Part shown: positions 47,634 through 62,314 of the stretch, in pieces
Layout: every line of letters begins with the position of its first letter
Position numbering within the stretch: the stretch's first letter is position 1
Origin: Enoplolaimus lenunculus
Taxonomy: Eukaryota
NCBI GenBank assembly: GCA_030248215.1
Contig: JASANG010001013.1
Coordinates: 248,001 to 312,000, forward strand
Length of the DNA stretch: 64,000 nucleotides
Reading direction: 5' to 3'
Translations under genes and position numbers: made by a program
Notes under the pieces: generated by a model
The model's database searches: none
Told to the model about the DNA's origin: nothing
What the model saw: only the letters and a program-made list of their open reading frames with translations

Positions 47634-48829
47634 TGTTTTTAAAAAGCGATCGTCAAAAATAAATAAAGTTAAGTAAACAAATTTCTCTTAAAATCTGTTT
47701 TAAGTTTTTTTTTGTTCTCAAATTGCTGAAAAAATAAGTTGAAAATATGATTATTGCTATTTATATACACTTGAGAGTCTGTTATTCTTTATAAATGAAA
47801 TATTTACATTTCGAAACGCAAAGCTAAATTGTTTTGTAAACAGTTAGAAAACTCGATATTGCTGCTATTGTCTTCTGAGATAGGGGTGTAACCAACATGA
47901 TGCAACCGGAATTTACGTATACCGGAAGCGGGACCACCGGAAAGTAAAAATAATGTTGGATTTTTCCGGCGGAACTGATGAACTGGATAGTGAAAAATAA
48001 TTGTTAGCTAAAAATTAATTTTTAGCACAATTTCACTTAAAATATCACAACCATACGACGTTTCAGCGTTTGTCATAAAACATGTTAACTTACAATGTTT
48101 TTACTGTTTCAATTGATTCGTTAAAACCGTAATTTTAAAAGAAAGTTTTCTATATTCTTAGATTTCTCAAATTTCTTACATTTCACAATATCGTAGTCGT
48201 AGTATTTTGTCCGAATATACAAAAAATTCGTAATAGAAATTAAATTGTAATTTTTGACACTGAAAGTTATCAACAACAAGATTACCGGAAAATCTGGTGA
48301 AAAAATACCGGAATTAACACTGAAACCGGAATTCCGGTTGCACACAGGTAATATGACATCTGGTTCCGTTTCGATATTTTTTATTATTATGGGTTTCGAC
48401 ATTCTGTTCACACTTTAGTTTTCTACAGCCATCATAAAATAATGTTGGCCCATGTATTGAGCCGGACCGGAACAGTAGTATAAGTATATTCATAAGCCTT
48501 AAGCCTATTCCTAAGCCTAAGCCTAAGCAAAAAACTAGTCTAAATCTTAAACTGACTCTATTATACTCCCGTCGGAAAACGATCCGGCCCTGTTCTATTC
48601 ATGGAGCGTAATCTTTAATTTCTAATACCAAAATTATATGAATTGGTTGGTTGAGAACAAATTAGGCAAACGTGATCGGTGATTTTCCAAAAATTTGTTT
48701 CCATCTTTTGATAATCAAAATTGAATTATATTTCAAGTCTAAAACACTTTTTTAAAAAAATTCGAAATACAGCATTTGTCGATCGCAAAACCTGTAAAAT
48801 GTAGGGCAAATCAAATGCGAGCAATTAGC

Positions 48830-49379
48830 TATGTTTCACCCCAGTACAAGGGCAAATATGACCGGAAAAAAGTGAATTTTTCTATTTTTTTACGGAAAAA
48901 ATGAATAAATGGACAAAATTCATTTTTCGTCTGAGTGATCGGTTGTACCACCCTTAGTCGGCGTTTGCCCAAGGTGCTTGGATTTTGAAACTTTTTGTAT
49001 ATTTGAGCTTCTGATGACATCGCGTGATCCTTCCATGCTCAAATCTGAATTTTTGAAAAATTCGATTTTTAAGGCCGCAAGGTCTGCCAACAGCCTATGT
49101 CAAATAATATATAATTTGTCTAATTTTTCGACAAAAACATTTTTCGGTCCAATGGGGGAACTTGGGACCTTAAACATTTGAATTTTTTAAAAATTTAAGT
49201 TTGGGCGTGGAATAATCGGGGGCGGTCATCAGAACATCAGAAGCTCATGCGTGGAGCGAGCGAAACAAGTCACACTTGTTTTTTGTAAGTATATATTAAA
49301 TTCCAAAACACTTAAGTTTTTTCTGACAAAAAGCCTCTCTATTGCGGAAACCTCGCGAGCAAAGCGAGGTTCAATCTAG
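48830..49379 (+). mobile_element. Possible non-autonomous Helitron 3' portion
   Basis: Ends in hairpin CCTCGC-GAGCAAA-GCGAGG followed by CTAG; internal part repeated at ~51890-52085; similar hairpin + CTAG at ~3681-3701. Confidence 0.45.
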
Positions 49380-52300
49380 ACGTATTCATGTGTTAAATCA
49401 TACGGTAAAGGAAGCTTTCAATTTTGAGTACCCTAGCTTGGCCCCACTGTCGACGAAACCGGGGGAGCGAACCGAACGAGATGCATATGTCATTTTAGTT
49501 CTACATTAAATCTCATGGCAAAGCTTCAATTATGAAATCCATTTATATATTCATATGCTGCTAATTTCGCTCTTTTCGGATATATAGTGTGTCCTGGTGG
49601 ACATATACGCACGGTCACTGTTAATGTGTTGCATGTAAATTAATTACATGTCATCTAAAAATGTTATTTTGTACCATATTTAGTTGCAAATTGTATTTAA
49701 GAATCGTTTAATATTTTCCATATTTTACATTATGATAGCATTATAGTGCCTAAGCCTGTGTGTTGTCTTAGGGTGGCGTTATTTTTATATGACGTCTAGC
49801 GCCCACCGTGCGGTATCGTACGCAAATTGCTCACATACGATATATATCCTATGATGACGAATGGCGCCAGACGGTCACATACGACACCCCCCCGACAACT
49901 ATAGCGCCACATTAACAATAACAAAATCTCTAAAACCCAAGCCTACTTTATTATTTACCCTTCAGTGTGAAAACGGAAGTGAGACAGACATCTTTTACGT
50001 CAAAAACTGGAATTCAAAATATTTTAAAAAAATTTAAAAATTTAAAAAGTTGGTAGAACACATTTCAAAAAAGCCGAAAAATATATATTTCTTAAAGGTC
50101 ATCATCAATCATTACAGATGCAGCCATATATGTTTAAGTTTCGTCGTTACCGAAAGCTGTCAATAGCATTTGTCTATACTCAACCAAACCTGTACTTTCT
50201 ACGAACAACTTTTCAGTTACAATTAATATTCGATCATGGAACGCCTGCGTATTTCAAAACCTATTCCGTCAATAAAGACGCATCTTCGAGTAAAATAGCA
50301 TTCGTCGAACAAACAGAGAACAGGCAAAATGTTGCTAACATAGAATTATTTTAATGCTGTCGAAAAAAAAGTTTTTGGCCAAAATGGACGAACAAAGTAT
50401 TCGTTTCGCTTGAAAACTGTCCATTTCCAATCGAACTGTTCTTCAACTGTAGAGTCTAATTGACTCTCTCGGAAACAGGCTTTGCCTGACTACACAAATT
50501 GAGTCAAATTTGACTCCGCCAGAGTTAACAGTGAATCGAATTTGACTCTGGCGGAGTCCAATTTGACTCAGTTTGTGTAGTCAGGAAAAGCCTGTTTCCG
50601 ACAGAGTCAATTTGACTCCCCATTTTTTGCAGTGTACATACATATATAATATATATGCATGTATGTATGTATATAAATATCAGTATTCAAACAGGAAGTA
50701 AATTTTGCCGGAACAGGAACAGGAAATTGTAAAAATTCCAGTTCCTGCATCTTTGAAAGCAGGAACAGGAACAGGAACAGGAATTGAATTTTGGCACGAA
50801 TTCCGGCTGGAACAGGAATTCCGGTTGAACCCTGATAAATATATATATATATATGTATGTATATATAGTAAGGCATAAGTGCATAAGTCAATTGCTCTCA
50901 ACTGAACGTTTAATTATTACCAAAAATAAAATCCTTCGACGTCATTCGACAGCTGTGGTCTCTTGAACCAAGCCTAAGTAGCAACACTGTTCCCTATTGG
51001 CCATAAAACTGCAGACTGTGTCAAAATAAGCATTAGTAATATAAAAAATATGTATACCATTGAATATATATTGTTTAATAAACAGTTTCTGTGAATTATT
51101 ATTCTTTTAAGAGGGGGGGCTTAACGACACCCTCTGAGTCAGAAAAAAAAACAAAAGCAATACGGGCCCGTGAATGGTCGGACCTTTATTTGTTTCTGCA
51201 GTCTGTTTGCTGCTGCGTTGCTCAAACAATATACACCGGTGAAAAAGTTACCGTATTGTATTGTAGAATATAATTGCACTCAGACTGCAGTGCAAACAAT
51301 ATAACAAAAATCGCACTTGTGAGTTGCACGCTAAATTGCTAATATTTGCCAACCGAAAAATCAGGTGCATTTAACGCGAAAATTTCCTGAATACCAGGCC
51401 TTGTGGCGAATACAATCGTGGGTTGCGAATATATCCCGGTAAAAGTTCGACGCCGACTCGAAAAAGGTACCTTTTACAGGCTGTAGAGTGACCTTGCAGT
51501 GGTCACAAAAATGTCTCGTTCGCTACGTCGCTCGCATAAACCGCTTTAGGCGAGGTTATCCTTTCGTGAAATAAAATTTGTTTCTCGCACAAGGCTCTTT
51601 GGGTAAAGCTTCGAAGTGTGACAGATTATTAATGTTGCACTGGCCAGAAATTGGGTTACACCCTGGCACACTCGGAGTAGATTTGGAGGCACGCGTGACG
51701 TTTTAAGTTTGGGCCCTCGCGGGGGAATAAAACACGTGAAGGCAGCACGCTTGTTTTACCAACACTAAATCTATTGGCTCAGGATTCAGACTTTAGGTTG
51801 AGTCGTTGGTTTTGGCGTATAATTTTAGGTTTAAGTTTACATGTCAACCGTCTTCAACGGTTTCAAACAGGGTTGTTTTTTTCGGAAAAAATTATGACCG
51901 GAAAAAATTCATTTTTTCCATTTCTTCCGGAGAAAAAGTGAAAAAAATGGAAAAAATTCATTCTTTGTCTGAGTGACCGGTCATCCCATCCGCAGCCGGC
52001 GTTTGCCCAAAAATGCTTGCATTTTTAAACTTTCTGCATATTTGAGCTTCTGATGACGTCCCTTGATCATTCCAAGCCCAATTATGAATCCGTCATGTTT
52101 GAAAAGGACTGTGTTTCCAAAAAATGGGGTCGTTGTATACCCAGAACATAACATATTATTTAACCAATCAGGGGAGACTAAAAAGGTTTTGGTGTTGACG
52201 GTTTATAAATGCTGCATAGACGCTGACATTCATACCAAACGCATTGCAAAAAGCTAACAATGATTGTTAATGAAACGCTAAATTTGTTCGAAACGAAAAC

Positions 52301-54052
52301 GGATAGTGATCAAAATGTGTGCCAATGTATAGAACAGGGCCGGAACAGTAAAGCGAATTCCTAAGCCTAAACCTAAGCCTAAGCGTAAGAATGAGTTTAC
52401 CCCTAAGCCTAAGCCTAAGCCTCAGCCTGAGCCTTAATCCTAAGCCAAGCAAAAAAGTTAGTCTAAAGCTTAAACTGATTCTATTACAGCCCAGCCGCAA
52501 AACGATCCGGCCCTGTTCTATACATGGGCCAAAGTTTGCTAAGAAACACAAATGTAAACAGGTAACAGAGATTAATTTGATATATAAAATTTCAAATGAA
52601 GTGTATTCCGGTTTCTAACAAAATTAAAATATTCAATTTTCTCCGTTTTTTAAATTTATCGAAAACTTTCAACTCGACATTCGTTACGTTTTTGGTCTAC
52701 CCACCCTTTATTTACAGGTGGGTACAAATTATGGGAACGGATATTGCGTGTGACAGCGACCTCCTTCAAAATAAAGGAGTCGATCAAAAACGCAACGCCC
52801 GGTGGTACATTTTATATCATGCGGAACCATAAGAGTTGCACACTCCTGTATTATCCGTTCTTGATAAAACCATGAATGCACAAGTGTGTGCAACTCTTGG
52901 GATTCAGCATGACACAAAAGTTACCACCGGCGTTACGTTTTTGGTCGACTCCCTTTATTTAGAGGGGTTGCTGTCACATGCAATACCACTGAATAACGGA
53001 CGCATTTATGATGCCGGATACATACAGTACCTTGGTTCGCACAGGTTCTCAAAAACGCCACGCGTGCCGGGTACATTTTGTTTTGCGCGGAACTCCACCC
53101 AACGTATTGCATTCTTGATGAAAATAATCCGCTCGCGTTGTGTTTTAGTCTACCCATACTGCAAAAAATAGTGTGTGAAATTGACTCTCTGAGAAATAGG
53201 TTTTTCGGGACTGCATAAATTGAGTCGAAATTCGATTCCGCCAGATTCAAACTCGGTTCACTGAGTCGCACGTTTGACTCTGGCAGAGTGAAATTTGACT
53301 CAGTTTGTGTAGTCACGAAAATCCTATTTCGGACAGAGTCAATTTGGCACACCATTTTTTGCAGTGCACGTGTCTTCATGTCTGAGGTGGTAATAAAGTC
53401 CACGTGTAAAGTGAAAATTCGGCTTTTAGTTTGAAAATATTACAATACCGCTGCGACATATTGTGTCTACGGAATGTTATTACTTGCTTCCTTTTGATTC
53501 GATGGTAATTCAGCTTAAATTTTTAAATAAATATATTTAAAACAGGAAAGTTAATGATAAAGTTTGAAATTATTAATATTTTAAAGTCATTTTTGCAATA
53601 TCGATTGTTCATGTGATATTCGAGTTTCATTGGGGATTTAAATTTTAAGTTTCGGTTTGAGCCAGAACCACAGTTGGATAGGAGATTTTACCATCAACAG
53701 TTTGTTGATGTTTGAACCGCAGAGGCTGCTATCCTGTATTGTGCAAATTTTTATCTTTGTTTTTAATAGTTTTAACTGTAAAACGGTGCGTTTTAATCTG
53801 AAATTTAAAATATATTTTTCGCCAAATCATTCGTTGACTTCAATGCGTTTGCTGTGCTATCGTCTAAAGACTGAAGACTTTGTATTGCACGATTTAGCTA
53901 TTTTTTTCTGAAGATGATGATTATATTTTGGTTTTAAGTAAATTATAAAATCAAGGAAATTTTTTAAATTTAAAATTTTATTTTGAGACATTTTATTTTC
54001 GCTAAATTATTTGTTATGTTCCACTACTATGGCATGCTGACTTGCGCCTCTA

Positions 54053-54251
54053 CACTGTAAAAAATGGTGAGTCAAATTGACTCTCTCCGAAATAGGCTTT
54101 TCCTGACTACACAAACTGAGTCGAAATTCGACTCCGCCTAAGCCAAATTCGACTCAATTTTACTCTGGTGGAGTCGAATTTAACTCAGTTTGTGTAGCCA
54201 GGAAAAGCCTATTTCGGAGAGAGTCAAATTGACTCACCATTATTTGCAGTG
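54053..54251. mobile_element. Family C fully palindromic MITE (TA TSD)
   Basis: TA|CACTG(T/C)AAAAAATGGTGAGTCAAATTGACTCTCTCCGAAATAGGCTTTTCC ... inverse copy|TA. Others ~8130-8350, 50450-50634, 53157-53366, 54888-55046, 55192-55389, 56030-56230, 58163-58325, 58713-58800. Confidence 0.88.
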
Positions 54252-54534
54252 TACGCTTCGCAAGATAAGATTTAACTATTTTTTGCTAAAATAGTATTTT
54301 GGATGTTTATTAAATTTTGTTAAAGTTATAGCATATTCATTTTGAATAATTTTCTGAACTCATTTTCGCTGAAACTTTTTTTGACGTCATGGCATATGCT
54401 ATCGTATAAAGAGGTCTTTACTGTAGTTTTAGCTATTTTGAGCTTAACCTTTCTTAATATTAAAGTTGGTGTTTTTTGGTTACGAGAATATTTTTATAAT
54501 TTTTATTATTTAATTTTGAATTTTGAGTCTGTTT

Positions 54535-57500
54535 TTATATCATTTCTTGACGTTGCACTATCGTATGCTGCCGTGCAGACTCAGGTTTTGCAGTCGGTTT
54601 AACAAAGTCGTCCATAAACGTTGTGACCAAATCGACTGGAAGTGGAAATATAATTGTTGAATTTTTTTCAGCAGAAATTGTATTCAGTGTTTGCAAATAT
54701 CGCAACTGCAATGCGGCAGGATTTTGTGCGATCACATCAGCGGCATCTTTTAAAGCTCTTGATGCTTTTTGTTCACCTTCAGCGGCGATTACCTGAAATA
54801 TATATTAAACGCTGATTACGGAGTCGTATAGTTTGGATTCAATTCTGGGAGCGGATAAACCTTATATAAATGTTCTCTGACTGCATACACTGCAAAAAAT
54901 GGTGAGTCAACTTGATTCTATCCGAAATCGGTTTTTCCTAACTACACAAACTGAGTCAAATACGACTCCGCCTGAGTCAAACGTACGATAGTCCGGAAAA
55001 GCCTATTTCGGAAAGAGTCAACTTGACTCACCATTTTTTTGCAGTGTAGGACATGAAATGGTTATTCTGTATCATCATAAAAATACGTTTTTTCTGATGC
55101 ATTTAAAGAATTAATATTTTAGTCGATTTTGAAATTATATACACGAAATTTCATCATGGCTTCATAAAATCGTTCGACTTTCTCTGGCATACAATGCGAA
55201 AAATAGTGAGTCAAATTGACTCTATCCGAAATAGGCTTTTCCGGACTTCACAAATTGAGTCTACTTCGACTCCACCAGAGTCAAATTCGATTCACTGAGC
55301 GACTCGTTGAATCGAATTTGACTCAGTTTGTGTAGTCCGGAAAAGCCTATTTCGGAGAGAGTTAATTTGACTCACCATTTTTTGCAGTGTACTGTAGTGA
55401 GACAAACAAGATGGTAGCGCTGATATTTATAGTTTGTCTCTTTAAAGGGAACTACAGCCTGTTAGTCGGTTATTGATTGTTATTTATTTTTAATGCATTC
55501 CATGTTGATGGGAGCCAACACATTTTTTTCTATTCTTTCCGTTTGGGCACAACTGACTTTACTTCAAAGCATTTTTGTTGTTTGCCGCTGTCCGTTGTAA
55601 CTTTTTTCTGGATTTAATAAGTTAATGAGAGTTGTACGAGTGTCTGTTACATATTCAAGCAGTCTATGCGATTTTTCTGCTTTGGTCTCTTTTGTGGTCT
55701 TCCATTATTACTTGTGGACGTTATCCATCAAAGGACTTTAGTACAGATTCCTATTGATCCGGTCTCAAAATAAGTGCCCCCTTGGGCCAATGTAAAGAAC
55801 AGGGGCGGAACAGTATTATAAGCATATTCCTAAGCCTAAGCGTAGGCCTAAGCCTAAGCCTAAGCGTATGATGAATGAGCATATTCCTAAGCCTAAGCCT
55901 AAGCCAACCAAAAAAATTGTCTAAAGCTTAAGCTTACTCTTTTCTAGTCGCACAGAAAAGCGTTCCGCCCCTGATGTTTACATGGGCCTCCCTTGTTGCC
56001 CCCTCTTATTCGGTGCCACTACAGTACTACACTGCAAAAAATGGTGAGTCAAATTGACTCTCTTCGAAATAGGCTTTTCCTGACTACACAAACTGAGTCA
56101 ACATTCTTCTCCGCCTGAGCCAAATTCGACTCCAATCTGACTCTGGCGGAGTAGAATTTTGACTCAGTTTGCGTAGTTAGGAAAAGCCTATTTCAGAGAG
56201 AGTCAGTTCGACTCACCATTTTTTGCAGTGTATATTACCTATGTGTTTGTTGATACCTTGAAAAGGTGACAAAACTTCACCTTAGCTCTGGCTTCACGTG
56301 CAGCTTCGGCTTCGGCAGCCATCGCTCGTTGTAGTTGAACTGGAAGTCGTACATCTTTGACTTCAACGCGTTCAACTTTGACTCCCCACGGATCTGTCGC
56401 TTCGTCGAGCGTTGACTGAAAAATATAATTTCAAATGTGAATTTTTGTTAAATTTTTATATTTTGGTTTTTTGCATTTTTAGTTTGGTAAAAAATGATTT
56501 TTATTGTTTGAAACTTTTTTGCTATTTTATCCTCGTATTAAATTGTTTCAATTTTTTTGATAATTATATTACTTCTGTGTGCGTTGCGTTTTTGACTGCA
56601 CCCCAGTTCGCAATTTGTTGCTAATAGATTTTTATGGAAAAACAAAGATAAGAAGACTTGGCTTGTATTCTCAAGTGTCAGCACGCGGTCCCAAACCCGA
56701 TGGGCATCCGTCTTCGATTGTGTGGAGAGGAGAGTGATTTGCAAAAATTTGCTGAATACGAGAAATTTACGAATTGCAGCACCATGTGCCGTTATTTACA
56801 CTGTAAATTCCGATGAGTTGATTAATCAATTCAGCTAGCGAGTTGGTCATTTCTTAATTAATATCAGTAAACATTAACTTACTCTGAGTTGACTTGATTC
56901 TCATTCTAAGTTGAGTTGATTCTCATTCTACGTTGAGTTGACTACGAGTGAGCTGATTAATTAACTCAGAATGAATTGAATCAACTCAAAAAATGTGAGT
57001 TCTGATAGTCCTAACTCAGACTGAGCGATTCAACTCATTCTGAGTTGAAATCAACTTACTGAAACTATACAGTGTATGTCGATGACTTATAGTAGAAATA
57101 CGTACAGTTTACCCCCCCGCCCAAAAATCGCGGTGGAGGTACAATGAATATTGGACCACATGTTGCTTCATGCTTAAATTCAGAGTATGGCAAAGTGTTA
57201 CACTCGTCACTCTATAATTGTATTGTTATACCAAGAGTGGATGGTCACTCATAGACAAGAGTATGCAACTACTGGTGTTCTGCATGTTTATCAAGTGGAC
57301 CAGAGCGCGTTGTGTGTTTGACCGACACCTCTCGTTTTTATGTTGGCGGGTAAATTCATCCCTCTAAACGCCATGTAAACATAGGCTTCAAGAGCATAAT
57401 CAACGCGGCTTTCGATGCAGATTGTAATATTAGTGCAACGTACCTCCCCCCCATAAATGAAAGTGGAGTCGGGCAAAAATGCAACGTGCGCTTGGTACAT

Positions 57501-60500
57501 TCTTTTCTACACAGCGTGAGTACTCAGTTGTATACTCTTGTGCACACTGTAAAATTCTGATGTGTTGATTAATCAACTCAGAGGGAGACATGGTTATTTC
57601 TGGCTATTTCTGAGTTAATAACAGTAAACATTAACTCACTCTGAGCTGATTTAATTCTGGGTTTAACTCAGCGATGAGTTCGATCAATCAGAATTTTGAG
57701 TTCTGAAACACCTAATTCAAAGCTCAGATATCTGAGTGGATTCAGGTTATTCTGAGTTAAAATTAACTCACTGAAATTTACAGTGTATTTAGTATGATCA
57801 TGCCGTATTTGGGATGATACTGACTTGCATCTGATGCGAAATATGTTCGCGATCAGAAAGCATTTCAGCCAATGTTTTGGTGCCCAAAATGTTTCGCAAC
57901 GTCGTTTGTGCGAGCAATTTCGTACTGCGGGACGCATCTTCAACGTTTGTTATCGAAACAGTTGCGTTGCTGATACGAAAATATATCACAGCATCAACTG
58001 CAACTGTTACTGAGTCTTTTGAAAGGATCTAAAACCATAAATTAAACAGCTTAAAAATGTTAAACTTTAAAGACTTCAATAACTTTTTTCAAAACTTCAA
58101 TGTGACGACTTACTGAAGCCGAAAAGCATCAGTAGACGTCACACTGAAGCTTTGGTTACCTGCATTGCAAAAAATGGTGAGTCAAGTTGACTGTCTCCGA
58201 AATAGGTTTTTCCGGACTACTCAAACTAAGTCAAAATTCGACTCCGCCTGAGTCAAATTCGACTCAATTTGAGTCTGGCGGAGTCGAATTTTGACTCAGT
58301 TTGTGTAGTCAGGAAAAACCTATTTGGTAAATTTCGAAGAGTTGGTTAATCAGCTCAGAGAAAGAATTAGTGATTTCTGGTTGTTTCCGTGTCAATATAC
58401 AGCAAACATTTAACTCACTTGAGCTGATTTAATTTTGGATTACTTGATTAAATAAATCAGAATAAGTTGTATCAATTCATAAGTCTGAGTTTTGAAAAGT
58501 CTTAATTCACAGCTCAGACCCTAACTAGATTTAACTCATTCGAAGTTGAAATCAACTCACAGAAATTAACAGTGTTGTTGTCTGGTCAAAATTTTGACCC
58601 ACCGACTTGTTTAAAATACATAGCCAAAATCTTCAACGCGTAACGGTGTGGACAGCGCCGGGGCTAGGCTACTCAAATTCTGATCAAGCCAGGCAAATTT
58701 AGGTCGAATTCACACTGCATAAAATGGTGAGTCAAATGGACTCTCTCTGAAATACGCTCTGCGGGACTGCACAAACTGAGTCAAATTCCACTCCGCCAAA
58801 GGCTTCCCTCATGCGCCTGTTATAAATCTTGTAATTTGGAGGTGTTGTTATTAAAGTTGTAGTGAACTATTTTCAATCACCGTTTACGCAAGTTTAGCTT
58901 GACCTTAACGTAAGTTTTCGCCAATGTTTTAGTTTACCATTAAAATGAAACTCGAACTTTGTTTAGCTCGCATTAAAATATATTTTCCGTGTATTTTGCT
59001 GAATAACATTTATACCAAAAGTTTAAACCTATTAATATATGTCTATGAAAAAAGATTACTTCTTGTGGTGGGACATCAAACGATACCACACGAAGGTCGC
59101 ATTTACGATAAGTGTCGGTGCATGGCAAAATAAAGAAAATTCCTGAAATTTAAAAAAATTAAAAATAGGAAACTTTAAAATTGAATTTTTAATACTCGGA
59201 CATAGCTAAACTAAGCAAAGGTTTCGTTTGTTTTGCCGATAATGCAGTGTATGTTACAAACTTTCAATCTTTGTCTGTTCAATGTACATTTTGGGCGAAC
59301 CATTTTTGTCGTGGGACTATAATACAGTAAGCTTAAGCTTTACACTAAAATTTCTTTTGCTTTAGGCTGAAGTTTAGTTAGCGGCTTATCGTTACGCTGT
59401 GGCGTTATGCTGAAGCTTAGGTTTTGATTTAGGAATATGCTTATACTATACTGTCACGTCTCTCAAAGTAGCATTGCGTCATTTTTTATAAACTATTCGA
59501 AGACAGAATCAGAAATAAATTTCGTAGATATATAAGTACTCAACATTCAAGGAGGGTCACAAATACTCCTTCGACAATGTTGCATAGATATTACATGATC
59601 TTTGAGTGAGACTGAAACATTTCCAAGGTGGGGGGGAATGTCCAAAAATTTTCTACGAAACACCTCAACCCCCCGACAGCGATCTGGTTAAAGATTAGAC
59701 GTATCTACGGTTAAAATGGCCAAGGTTACTTTAAGGGGCGTAACAGTAGATTAAGCGTATTCGTAAGCCGAAGCGTTGCAAGAATGTGTTCCTAAGCCTA
59801 AGCCTAAGCCTAAGCAAAAAATGTAATATAGAATCTAAACTTACTCTTTTACTCTTTTATAGATCAACCACAAACCTGGACGCCCCTTAAAGTAGCATGG
59901 ATCCTTAAAATGATGACCGGTGCTGTTGTTAATTTCAATAACCGGACTACGACTTCGTAAATTTAAGCTTAATCAAATCCTAAAATATCTTTGAAAAATG
60001 CCATTTTGTACCTGGACCTCTGGCGCCACCGGGCAACAGTTTTCCAAGACGAAATATGACCGCCCGTTCGTATTCTTGAACCACCTAAAACCAAATTTGT
60101 GGTTCGTAGTCTGCAATGATTTAACATCTTTGCTTCGAAATGGTGACGGAAAATTTCCAGGTTTTATGTTCATGGAAGTTGATAGAATTGCAGATTACTG
60201 AGCGAGCAAATGGCCTGTGTTGTCTCGTATAGAGTATATATACGGCCCATGTTACTTTAAGGGTCGTCCAGGTTTCTGGTGGGTCTATAAAAGTGTAGGT
60301 TTAGACTCCAGATTACATTTTTTTGCTCAGGCTTCGGCTTAGGCTTAGGCTTTAGGAACACATTTTTGCGACGCGTAGGCTGAGGCTTAGGAATACGTTT
60401 AAGCTACTGTTACGCCCCTAAAAAGTAACATTGGCCAAGTATCTTGTAAGCAACTACTAATTGCAAACTACGTTACGTGAAATAAATACGCAATGTATAA

Positions 60501-61081
60501 TGTTTAGCAATTTACATTTGCGCAGCAAAAAAATCTTCCTAAGGCGTGACAACCTCCTAGAAACGGGTCGACAAGCCGATTTTATACATTTGAGGGGTGT
60601 AAAGCAAACGTCTCAATATCAAAAACCTGAGGGTTCTTGAAGAATAAATTTTGCAATCAAGCGAAGCAAGAAATTAAAACATTTTGCACATTTTAACATC
60701 ATCGAAAGGTACTATTTGTGGCCCATGTTACTTTTAGGGCCGTCCCGGTTTCTGTCGGGTCTGTAAAAGAGTAGGCTTACATTCTAGACTACATTTTCTT
60801 GCTTAGGCTTAGGCTTAGGCTTAGGCTTAGGAAAACGCTTAATTTACTGTTACAGTCCTAAAAATGACATTGGCCATTTTTGCGATTATCATCGTTGTTC
60901 ATTTCGGTTACTAATAATTGAATTATCCGTTTACGCCCTATTAATTAATAATTAAAAATAACAATGAATATATTTACCTTGAGGCAAAAACACAATGATA
61001 ACGGAATGGTTGCGATAAGTAGAATCCATGATAATGCAGTCAAAAACCAACCACAAAAGCCAAATTGTTCGTTGCCTGACA
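54535..61081 (-). CDS. Stomatin/band-7 (SPFH) protein, MEC-2/UNC-1/STO family; first exon not identified
   Basis: Exons 61081-60978, 60084-60012, 59142-59060, 58028-57825, 56415-56281, 54792-54535; hydrophobic hairpin, [73 protein letters not shown]. Confidence 0.94.
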
Positions 61082-61831
61082 CTGAAATAAAAAAATACTT
61101 TTCAACATTTAAAAACAATTAATAAAACAAGAACACGTGAACAATACCCTAACCAAAAATTAAAACTACCAGGGTCGTAACCAGCTTAACATGTGCAATG
61201 GTAAAGGGGGATACGTGTTTGACGAGGAGGTCCATGTAAGGATCAGGGGCGGAACGTTTTTCTGTGGGACTGCAATAGAGTAAGCTTAAGCTTTAGACTA
61301 ATTTTTTGCTTGGCTTCCGCCACAGTTCTTTACATTGGCCCACGAGGATATGATAACTTTACTATCGGGTTAAAATTTTCAAGATTGGGTAAAAATTGAC
61401 TAACGGGAGACACAACTCCTTTTGTGCCATTTTAACTGCCTTCCGTTTTAATAACCTTAACCGCCTGAGTGAAGAATTTGAGGTGCGGGTATACCAGCGG
61501 GTAAAGATTTTTATCGCTGGGTTTGAAATTTTGTTGTTTCTAGTAAAATTTCGTTTGTAAAATTGATTGAAGCTGTATCGCAAAGCTTCATTAAAGCGCG
61601 AATCACCAGCGATCTTTAAAACACTGGTTTGATTTAAGTCGCGGGTAAACGGTAGGTCGTGGGTGGATTTTATATTGCGCGGGTATACCCGCGGGTGAAA
61701 AATTCTTGTTTGCATGGGTAAAGCGCGGGTCGGGTAAAATATCCTAGCGCGGGTCGGGTAAACAATCCGTTACCCTCTTCCAATTCTGCTTAGATGATTG
61801 CACTAATTCCAGTAGGCAAGTAATCAATAAC

Positions 61832-61924
61832 TAAATAAATAAATAAATAAATAAATAAACAAATAAATAAACAAATAAATAAATTAATTAATTAATTAAT
61901 TAGTTAAATAATTAATTAATAATT
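61832..61924. repeat. (TAAA)n/(TAAT)n microsatellite
   Basis: Directly visible. Confidence 0.95.
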
Positions 61925-62314
61925 CAGTGTTGCGGCCGTGCACGGAAATTTTCTGCCATAAGGTATTAAACCTAAATACAAACTAACGCAGCATTGAGAA
62001 TGTTTAACATAAAAGTTGAAGATATATTAAACAAGACACTTGGGTAAAATTCAATGGGAGATAAAATTGAAATGTTAACACAATAAAAGGTGTATTTGAG
62101 AAAATCATAATTATTCAGCATTGATACACTAAGTTTGTGCTTAAAATTTATTATATGTCTACAGCGGTCGACCAATAACTTGCGTATCCGAGGTAAATTT
62201 TTTTACACGCGTGACACACTTTATATTTTTGTATCCATATTTCTCGAGTTCGTTGACTCGGCCAATGTAAAGAACAGGGACGGAACAGTATTATAAGCAT
62301 ATTCCTAAGCCTAA

